From positions 1 to 24,024 of the forward strand of contig JAZGDW010000223.1 in assembly GCA_036478295.1 (NCBI GenBank): a DNA stretch of 24,024 bases. The letters run 5' to 3'. Position numbers and translations under genes: made by a program. Every line of letters begins with the position of its first letter. The stretch's first letter is position 1. This DNA is from Candidatus Krumholzibacteriia bacterium. Lineage in GTDB: Bacteria > Krumholzibacteriota > Krumholzibacteriia > WVZY01. The notes below the pieces were generated by a model that did no database searches, was not told the origin of the DNA, and worked only from the letters and a program-made list of their open reading frames with translations. Below, piece after piece: positions 1 through 7,017 of this stretch.

Positions 1-90
1 CAGCCGGGCTATAGCCCCGGCCCCACCCCCGGCCAACACCCCCCCCGCCCGGGGGGCCCGGGGGGTGGGGTGCGGGGGGGGTGTACGGGC
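1..90. other. Low-complexity C-run/G-run tract at the window end
   Basis: C homopolymer runs (15-50) followed by G runs (51-81), unlike the rest of the window; possibly a contig-end artefact. Confidence 0.5.
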
Positions 91-108
91 GCTCGAGGTG
101 CCCGCAGG

Positions 109-513
109 TCAGGAACCCAGGTGTGGAATGATGAGGAGCGAGTTTCTTCCCTCGAACCCGTCGGGAACGGTGTTCTGGTTGCGGGGATCGGGAATCCACG
201 TCACGCCGTCCACAACGAATTTGTACTCGTAGCGGCCCGGGGAAAGGCTGTAGAAAAGTGTCCACTCGCCGTCGCCGTTCTTGTCCACCATGGGGTCCGA
301 ACCTGCCGACCAGTTGTTGAAGTCGCCGACCACGTGTACTTTCGCGGCATCGGGATCGAAATACCGGAATATGACGCCGCCATCGACCAGCTCGGGGCCG
401 CTCCCGGAGCCACCGGGTGGGCCACCCGAACCACCGCAGCCGGCGCCCAGGAGTGCGAACAACAGGCCCGCGACCACGAGCAGGGTCTTATTCACAGAAC
501 TGCGTCTGCGCAT
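109..513 (-). CDS. Lipoprotein with CBM48/AMPK-beta-like (E-set) glycogen-binding domain
   Basis: Basic N-terminus, hydrophobic stretch and lipobox LGAG-C; Gly/Pro/Ser linker (GGSGGPPGGSGSGP); then VxFRY..AAKVHVVGDFNNW..PM..GEW..L.PGRYEYKFVVDG..W..DP.N, the AMPK1_CBM/CBM48 signature. Start may instead be the GTG at VNKTLL. Confidence 0.9.
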   Translation of the reverse strand: MRRRSSVNKTLLVVAGLLFALLGAGCGGSGGPPGGSGSGPELVDGGVIFRYFDPDAAKVHVVGDFNNWSAGSDPMVDKNGDGEWTLFYSLSPGRYEYKFVVDGVTWIPDPRNQNTVPDGFEGRNSLLIIPHLGS

Positions 514-514
514 G

Positions 515-946
515 CTACCGGATCCTCAATCCGTCACCTTGCCTGTACAACACGATTTGCGAGCAGATGTCCACCGGTCCACCATCGACCTCCTCGGGAT
601 TGCCGGGGTCCGTGTGCCAGGTGTTCTCGTCGACCCAGAACAGGTACTTATACCTCCCCGGCGGCAGGCGGATCGCTATCTCCCACATGCCGTCGGCATC
701 CTTGTCCTCCATGAGGCCGACACTCGCCTCACCGACCCGTCCGTCCCCCTGGGCCCAGTTGTTTTCGGGCCAGTTGCCGGCAAGCTGCACGCGCCTAGCC
801 GTGGGCGCGTAGAAGCGGAACACCACTTCGCCCTCGCGCACACCCGGGCCGGCAGTCAGCCCACGGCTGGCGAAACGGATGCAACCACCGCATACCGTTA
901 TCGTCAGGCAAAACAGAAGACCCACGCAAGCTGGCCGCATCGACAT
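515..946 (-). CDS. Probable lipoprotein with CBM48/AMPK-beta-like glycogen-binding domain
   Basis: Signal peptide ending VCGG-C; VVFRFYAPTARRVQLAGNW..NNW..GMW..LPPGRYKYLFWVDENTWHTDPGNP; 1-nt gap to the next gene. Confidence 0.85.
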   Translation of the reverse strand: MSMRPACVGLLFCLTITVCGGCIRFASRGLTAGPGVREGEVVFRFYAPTARRVQLAGNWPENNWAQGDGRVGEASVGLMEDKDADGMWEIAIRLPPGRYKYLFWVDENTWHTDPGNPEEVDGGPVDICSQIVLYRQGDGLRIR

Positions 947-959
947 TTCTCAAAGTGTG

Positions 960-2996
960 CTAAAAGAGCACGATAACTTCAAGTTTTAATAGTGACTGGA
1001 AATCCTCGAGCATATCCTCTTTTATCCGCACGCGCTCTCCCAACTTTTTGGAGCCGTCACGAGCCGGTCTCTCCCCGACCGCCTCGCGCAGCAGTTCCTG
1101 TCGCCCGTTGTCGTTGTAATCGTTGATCACATCATCGAGAACGACCGGGTCGAATCCCCAACCGACGCTGACCTCCACCCGATCGCGGCGGTAGCCCGCT
1201 TCGAGGTACGACGCGAGGAAAGTCTCCCTCAGACCCCATGATGGCTTGTCGTACCGGGCGACCCGCACGTCCGCCTGGAAATAGAATTGCCCGGACAGGC
1301 GGCGCTCACCCGAAAACCGGGACGCCACGTATTCCATGCGGTCAAAAAAACCGGATGTCGTAAGGTCGACATTCAGACGAAGCGCCAGCGGTACCACCGG
1401 TTGGACGCGGGATCGCGTCGGCAGCGTTGTCTGCCTCCAGGCGAGCGCGAGCCCAAGTGCGGACGTCCGCTCCAGGTCGAATGCGGGCAGGTCAGGAATA
1501 TCCAGCCGGTCCCGGTGGTCGAGCCAGAAATTCCTCGCGGGGGTTCGATAGTGAAAATCGGCCGGGGAGCTGCCGTAGTCCTGGTCGGTGTACGCGAGCA
1601 CGCCGCGGATGTTCCACCGGCCTGCCGTATAGGAGCCATGCATGGTCGCCAGGTTGATGTCCGCATCGGCGGCTGGATTAAGGAAAGGATCGAACTCGAA
1701 CCGGTTATAGAGATAATCCACCGTCGCCCGCAGATCACCCTTCCGGTAGTCGAGAGAGGCATTCCACCTCTTGCTCGACAAGAGCGGAATGTCTGCGTCG
1801 AACGGCTCACTCCGCGCTCCGATGCGAACGTCGCCCAGGGTCGACACCGTGGACAGGGAACGGGTGACCTTGCGCACGTGCGCGTCGGACGCTCCCCACG
1901 CCACCGAGGCCACGAGTCGCCGGGCAAACTGCCATCGTAACCACACGACGTCGGCATCCCAGTACTCGCGCGTGTTGTACGCCGCCACATCGAAGGCCCC
2001 GGCGTTCTTTCTGGCTTCCACCAGCAGTCCGGGATGAAATCCACGGTTCGATCGCGACACCCACCCGAGCTTCAGGCTGCCCATGTCGGTGAAGAATTCC
2101 ATGCCCCAGGCGTCTTCGTCCGCAAAGCTGTCGCTGAATCGGTATACGGTGGTATCGCCCGCCGGCGACGTCGAAAAACTCCCGAAGTCGCCCGCCATCA
2201 CGGCGGGTGGCGCGAACGGTTCGCGCTCGATCTTGTCCGCATAGAAAAACCTGAAATCGGTTTTGAGCAACAGCCTCGATTCCCACGCAAAGCCTTTGCG
2301 CTCGTAACCGGCATTGTAGTCGTAGATGCCGACGTTCCCGACCAGCCCGTACGGATCATGTGAGGTCCAGATCGTATCGTTGTCGAACCCGACGAACTTC
2401 GAGTTATCGAGCCTCAGTTCCACAAAGCCGCGGTCGAGATTGATCTCGGTTTCCGCCGGTGAAACATCCCATGACTCGCCGATAGTCTTGAAATCGACCG
2501 ACGATCGAACCCTGTCATCCTCATAGGTAAAGTAGAAATCGAACGCCTGGTTGTCGTCGTCCACGGTAAACGCCCCCCGGTACCGCACCGCTGGCTTGAT
2601 CGCATGTTTCGCGGATTCTTCCGTGGCAGATGCATCGCCCAGGGTCAGCGTGCCCGCCCTTTCCTCGAGGATGAGGGGCGAACCCTGCCCCGCATTCGTA
2701 GCCGGGTTATCGGGATCGGCCATCCACGTGCCGTCCACCACGTACTTGTAGTGATACGATCCGGGCAGCATGAAGAGCCGCACTTCGAACGTGTCACCGA
2801 TCCTGTCCATTTTCTCCAGAGTGGGGTTCCAGTTGTTGAAATCTCCGACCAGAAAAACTCTCTGCGCCCCCGGCGCGACGACGGTGAACACCGCTTCGTC
2901 TTCCTCGACGCGCACGGCCGCCTCGGTATACGAACCCGGAGCCTGGAGCACAACCAGCAGTGCAAGGCAGCCCATGCAGGATGTTTTCCGTGTCAA
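960..2996 (-). CDS. Secreted protein: N-terminal CBM48/AMPK-beta-like domain fused to a probable outer-membrane beta-barrel
   Basis: TTG start overlapping the upstream stop (TTGA) with GGGGAG RBS; signal peptide; AQRVFLVGDFNNWNP..PGSYHYKYVVDGTWMADPDNP; remainder rich in amphipathic aromatic strands, ending LKLEVIVLF (terminal Phe, BAM beta-signal-like). Confidence 0.8.
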   Translation of the reverse strand: MTRKTSCMGCLALLVVLQAPGSYTEAAVRVEEDEAVFTVVAPGAQRVFLVGDFNNWNPTLEKMDRIGDTFEVRLFMLPGSYHYKYVVDGTWMADPDNPATNAGQGSPLILEERAGTLTLGDASATEESAKHAIKPAVRYRGAFTVDDDNQAFDFYFTYEDDRVRSSVDFKTIGESWDVSPAETEINLDRGFVELRLDNSKFVGFDNDTIWTSHDPYGLVGNVGIYDYNAGYERKGFAWESRLLLKTDFRFFYADKIEREPFAPPAVMAGDFGSFSTSPAGDTTVYRFSDSFADEDAWGMEFFTDMGSLKLGWVSRSNRGFHPGLLVEARKNAGAFDVAAYNTREYWDADVVWLRWQFARRLVASVAWGASDAHVRKVTRSLSTVSTLGDVRIGARSEPFDADIPLLSSKRWNASLDYRKGDLRATVDYLYNRFEFDPFLNPAADADINLATMHGSYTAGRWNIRGVLAYTDQDYGSSPADFHYRTPARNFWLDHRDRLDIPDLPAFDLERTSALGLALAWRQTTLPTRSRVQPVVPLALRLNVDLTTSGFFDRMEYVASRFSGERRLSGQFYFQADVRVARYDKPSWGLRETFLASYLEAGYRRDRVEVSVGWGFDPVVLDDVINDYNDNGRQELLREAVGERPARDGSKKLGERVRIKEDMLEDFQSLLKLEVIVLF

Positions 2997-4489
2997 AAGT
3001 CTCCCCTTACCGAGATGGTGTACACGGCCGACGCAGGGTTGCCGAGGTCGAGGTCCTCGTCTTCCAGCAGGTAGGGAGCGTCGCCCAGAAAATCCTGGCC
3101 ATAACCGAACGTGGCATAGACACGGTCATTGGGGCGGTACTCGAGGCGCGAGAAAACCGCTTTGCGGACATTCGTGCCCCGGGCGACCGCGAAGCGCCAG
3201 TGCAGTCCCCAATCGGGTGACATAGCCAGCTTTCCGTCCCATGCGAAACGTCTCTCTGAGAAAACCGTGTCCAGGTCCTTCCACATGATGTGCGCCCCGC
3301 TCTGCATCCGTTTCATCTGATGGTGAAGGGCAAAATGAATGAAATTGCTCTTGCTGTCGAAAGCGAACTGATCGTCCACGCGGCTCACGCCGCTCCGCAG
3401 AAAAAACTCGACGCCTCCCTGGAACATGCCCCACAGGGCGGCGTCCCACGTGTCGCGCTCCTCGTTTTCCAGCCGGGAGCGTACGCTGCCCTGGTAACGG
3501 AGTCTCGCGTCCAGGCTGACCGTCCTTGCACGAAAATAGACAGCGGCCATGTGGCCCACCCCGGTGCCCTCCACCCGACCGAGGTCGTTCATAAACCGGT
3601 CGCCGACCGCCGTGTAGCGATACACCAGTCGCGCCGCACCCAACTGCCGCAGCGGGATGGCCCTGACTCGCGCTTCGGCAACCAGCGCCGAGCCCTCGGG
3701 CAGGATCGCACTGAAGTTGTCTCCGTCGAACCGGTCGAAATGGAAGTTGCCGCCGGGAAAGAACAGGTTGCCGTCTTTGAATGCGGACTGCTCGTACGAA
3801 ACCACGGCGTACGCGCGCCTGTAGGCGGCGGAGAGCTCGGTCTTGAATAGCGCCTGATTACGGACTCCGAATGCGCCGGGATCGTCGAAGAGATACGACG
3901 TCGACAGCACCGCCCACGGCATGGCGTACGCCCCGCGGAGATACGTGACGGCACGTGCGTCGTCGAAATCGTCCCCCAGGCGAGAGTACAGCGCGGAGAC
4001 ATCCACCCGGTCTCCCAGGCGCCCGTCGAGCCTCGCCCCCCGGCTTTCACGCCGCTGGCGCCCGGAATCATCATCGAGCAGCGGTGCGATCATATCACTG
4101 ACGAAGAAGCGACGCTCGTTCGCGAAGAGCCGAAGCGAGTAGTCCAGCTTGTCGAGCTGCTGTGCCCACAGGTAATCGCCCTGTTCGAAACGGAAACGCG
4201 CCTCCATGTCTCTCTCACCGCTCCCGTCTCGCAACGCAGCTCCCTTGACGTAGAGACTCCCGTATTCCGTCCCCAGCGCGGTGAGATCGAGCATCAGCCG
4301 GGTGCGGTCCTGGGCTGAGCGGCTCGAAGCATTCCACGGGAAGGGGACCGCCTCCCTGTCCACCTGGACAAAATACTCGAAACGAGCGCCCACGGTTACC
4401 GGATCGAACGGCGGCCATTCCACGGCGGAGGGGGTTCCCGTCCAGGCCACGACGAGGGCAAGCGCAACCGTGCACGTCGGCCTCACCAT
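2993..4489 (-). CDS. Hypothetical protein, probable outer-membrane beta-barrel (498 aa)
   Basis: Start re-called to ATG 4489 (upstream GGAGGACGAGGA; overlaps the upstream stop) instead of 4699; signal peptide MVRPTCTVALALVVAWTGTPSA; alternating hydrophobic strands; C-terminus YTISVRGDF with terminal Phe. Confidence 0.75.
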   Translation of the reverse strand: MVRPTCTVALALVVAWTGTPSAVEWPPFDPVTVGARFEYFVQVDREAVPFPWNASSRSAQDRTRLMLDLTALGTEYGSLYVKGAALRDGSGERDMEARFRFEQGDYLWAQQLDKLDYSLRLFANERRFFVSDMIAPLLDDDSGRQRRESRGARLDGRLGDRVDVSALYSRLGDDFDDARAVTYLRGAYAMPWAVLSTSYLFDDPGAFGVRNQALFKTELSAAYRRAYAVVSYEQSAFKDGNLFFPGGNFHFDRFDGDNFSAILPEGSALVAEARVRAIPLRQLGAARLVYRYTAVGDRFMNDLGRVEGTGVGHMAAVYFRARTVSLDARLRYQGSVRSRLENEERDTWDAALWGMFQGGVEFFLRSGVSRVDDQFAFDSKSNFIHFALHHQMKRMQSGAHIMWKDLDTVFSERRFAWDGKLAMSPDWGLHWRFAVARGTNVRKAVFSRLEYRPNDRVYATFGYGQDFLGDAPYLLEDEDLDLGNPASAVYTISVRGDF

Positions 4490-5376
4490 TCCTCGTCCTC
4501 CGGGGTTGCCGTCGGCAGGGCGAACCCGACGGACACGAGATAGCTTACGCCGAGCATGTCGTGCGATGACATACCGAGATCCACCGTCAAGCCGGATACT
4601 TTCAGCCCGACGCCGCCGGCGACATCGCCGTCGCTCAGGCCCGCCCGCAGCATCAGTTCGCGGCCGGTCACGTATTCCAGACCGAGGGCGTTCCGCCACT
4701 TTCCGTCCTGGCCCTTGTCAGTCTGCAAGAAAAGACTGAAGCGCCGGCGCCAGTGATACGCCAGACCCACGGATTGGGTGGTCTTCAAAGTCGTCTTGCC
4801 GCCGCCCGCAACGAAATCAAATGACGGCTGTCCGATGTTGCGAACCGAATAACCCAGACCAATGATTGGAAAAGGCTGCAGGAGAACACCCGCGGATCCG
4901 CTGACAACGGTCTTCGAAGCGTTATAGGTATCACGAATGTCGACCCGTGCGATATCGACGCTGCCTCCGAACGAGAGCGAAGCGTCTTGCGAGGTACGGA
5001 TGTAATCACGGCCGTAGGCAAGGGTAATCAGATCCTCAGAGGTCACGTCCCTCAGGCCGAAGCGGTGCCACGAGACGCCGAACGCGCCGATACTGGTAGG
5101 TACCGCCGCCGCGATGTAATGCTCCTCGAGGTCCGACACGTCGTAGGGGCGAACGTACGACGCCAGAAACCCGGCAGAGGACAGCTGCGTCAAGCCGGCC
5201 GGGTTCAAGACCGCCGCCGAGGGGTCGTCGGCAAGCGCGACGAATGCCCCACCCAGCGAAAACGTACGTGTCGAAATGAAGAAGCGCTCGAAGTAAGCCA
5301 GCGACGGTCGGACCGAGAGGAGCAAGAGTGCCAGTCCGACGCTGAGAAAAACCACTGCTCGGTAGCGGGTCGTCAA
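4483..5376 (-). CDS. PorV/PorQ-family (FadL-like) outer-membrane protein, T9SS-associated
   Basis: Signal peptide then TRTFSLGGAFVALADDPSAAVLNPAGL, the N-terminal R..xxGGA.VA..DD......NPAGL motif of PorV/PorQ/FadL-like barrels; SVRNIG and LMLRAG strands. Start re-called to TTG 5376 (GGAG 5 nt upstream); the ORF track starts at 5406. Confidence 0.75.
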   Translation of the reverse strand: MTTRYRAVVFLSVGLALLLLSVRPSLAYFERFFISTRTFSLGGAFVALADDPSAAVLNPAGLTQLSSAGFLASYVRPYDVSDLEEHYIAAAVPTSIGAFGVSWHRFGLRDVTSEDLITLAYGRDYIRTSQDASLSFGGSVDIARVDIRDTYNASKTVVSGSAGVLLQPFPIIGLGYSVRNIGQPSFDFVAGGGKTTLKTTQSVGLAYHWRRRFSLFLQTDKGQDGKWRNALGLEYVTGRELMLRAGLSDGDVAGGVGLKVSGLTVDLGMSSHDMLGVSYLVSVGFALPTATPEDEEW

Positions 5377-5389
5377 CTTGACTCCACCG

Positions 5390-6532
5390 TCAGCGTACGA
5401 CTGCAAAGGACGCCTTCACCGTGCTCCCCGCTCCACTCCCCACGGGTCCGCCCGATACGGCGAGTATGTAGACGCCGCCGGGGACGATGGCGCCACGATC
5501 GTCTCTGCCGTCCCACTCATCCCACGGCGCCCCGCCGGCCGACAGATTCCGCGGCTCCCGCAGAAACAGGTTGCGTACGAGGTGTCCGCCGGCCGAAAAA
5601 ACGCGCGCAGTCACGTAGACCGGTGCCGTGTAATCCGGCGGACTGAGGAAAGGTCGAAAGCGAAGTGGCTTGCCCTCTTCGGGTGAGATGATTTTTTTCT
5701 CCAGTTCGACCCGCAGCGGGAGCACCTGCCGCTGCTGGCCGGCGGCGGTGGCGACCGTGACCACGCTGCGGGGCGAAACGCCGACATCGAGGATGCCGTC
5801 GTCGTCACTATCCAGCGGAATAATGACATGGTTGTTCAGAACGGCGACTTTGGTAGAGTCGTTCTCCAGCAGCACCGACGGGTCGGGCACCGCGTCACCG
5901 GCGCCGCTACCCAAGCCGGCTGTCACCGCCGCCAGCACGCTCAGGGTCTGGCCCGCCGCCGGCAGTGCGAGCCCGCCGCCGGTGCGAACATAGCGACCCA
6001 GAACCTCCCACGGTATCGCAACCTCCAGTGCGCCGCCGTCAGCGGCGTCCTGAAAAAACACGGCGGCAAACCGGCCGCTGTCGAGTCGCTTGAGGGCGCT
6101 GCTGCAATCGACGAACCCTGCTTCCGGGTCCGGCCCGCCGCGGCTCGCCTGCAGCAGAAAGTTCGCCGTCATCTGGAACTGAATATTGCGGCGAAAGGTG
6201 GCTGCGTCGCTCAGGTGGCTTAGGCCGTCGCAGCTCGTGTCCAGGAACAACACCACGTCACCCGCAACCGCGACGGCGGATACGGCTATATACAGGTTGA
6301 AGTTATCCCAGGAAAGGGCGATCGCGGAAATGTCGTTGTCGCTTCCCCATCGCGAGTCCCCCGCCCGTTCGGGGAAAGCGGTAAACGGGTCGACTATCCA
6401 CTCATCGCCGGTAAACTCCGAGGGGTCGCCGTCGATGTGGAATCTCGATCGAAGGTCTTGGGCAGTAGTTCCGATTGACAGCGTGGGGATGGTGATCAAC
6501 AACAGAAGGGCCAGACAGCATTTGGGTGTCAA
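5390..6532 (-). CDS. Secreted protein with DOMON/CBM9-like domain and C-terminal FlgD/T9SS-type sorting domain
   Basis: TTG start in a TTGA overlap with GGAG/AAGGA RBS; signal peptide; IDGDPSEF..DI.AI.LSWD..NLYIAV..LFLD..LEVAIPWEVLG (DOMON/CBM9-like); C-terminal VFSAGGHLVRNL..WDGRDDRGAIVPGGVYIL..FAVVR. Confidence 0.7.
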   Translation of the reverse strand: MTPKCCLALLLLITIPTLSIGTTAQDLRSRFHIDGDPSEFTGDEWIVDPFTAFPERAGDSRWGSDNDISAIALSWDNFNLYIAVSAVAVAGDVVLFLDTSCDGLSHLSDAATFRRNIQFQMTANFLLQASRGGPDPEAGFVDCSSALKRLDSGRFAAVFFQDAADGGALEVAIPWEVLGRYVRTGGGLALPAAGQTLSVLAAVTAGLGSGAGDAVPDPSVLLENDSTKVAVLNNHVIIPLDSDDDGILDVGVSPRSVVTVATAAGQQRQVLPLRVELEKKIISPEEGKPLRFRPFLSPPDYTAPVYVTARVFSAGGHLVRNLFLREPRNLSAGGAPWDEWDGRDDRGAIVPGGVYILAVSGGPVGSGAGSTVKASFAVVR

Positions 6533-7017
6533 ATCTGTTCCTTCTCCTCGTCCATTCGCTTCAGCCCTTCGAGCATGAGACGGTCGAGAGGAATGTCGAT
6601 CAGGATATCCTGCGCCTTGGGTCGCTTGCCGCCTTCAAAAACGAACGTCCCCAGACGCCAGCGGATCACCTCGTAGATAACTTCCTTTATCTGCTCTTCG
6701 ATGGCACCCTTGAGTTCGGATTCTTTGATGATACCCTCTTCCAACAGCTGCACACCGAGTTTCATCCCCTCCCGCTTCTTCTTCAACATCCTGTCCAGAG
6801 TCTTTTGTGTAATCCGCTTTTCCCTGAGGAGGATCTCACCCAGCTTTATGGGACGGTTCCTAACGGCCGCGAAGGTCACGCTGCCCCGCTCGAAGTAGAT
6901 GCTCGCACCGTTATCCTCTGCAGTTAGCTTGAGCTCACCGGAGGCCTGCGCCAGGTTGAGCATCTGCAGGACGCTGATCGGTTCGAAGATCGACAGATTA
7001 CCCATCAAATCCTGCAT
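6529..7017 (-). CDS. DUF4388 (PATAN-like) domain protein with internal MshEN-like helical repeats
   Basis: GNLSIF..VLQML..SGELKL..IYFERGSVTFA..KLGEILL..KLGVQLLEEGII..EQIKEVIYEVIRWRLGTFVF..LMLEGLKRMDE fits the DUF4388 pattern; RBS AAGGAGAGGG. Confidence 0.8.
   Translation of the reverse strand: MQDLMGNLSIFEPISVLQMLNLAQASGELKLTAEDNGASIYFERGSVTFAAVRNRPIKLGEILLREKRITQKTLDRMLKKKREGMKLGVQLLEEGIIKESELKGAIEEQIKEVIYEVIRWRLGTFVFEGGKRPKAQDILIDIPLDRLMLEGLKRMDEEKEQI

Noticed and set aside
4490..4699. 70-aa Arg-rich extension of barrel A
   Set aside because: Overlaps the PorV-like gene in another frame; ATG 4489 has an RBS and a signal peptide.
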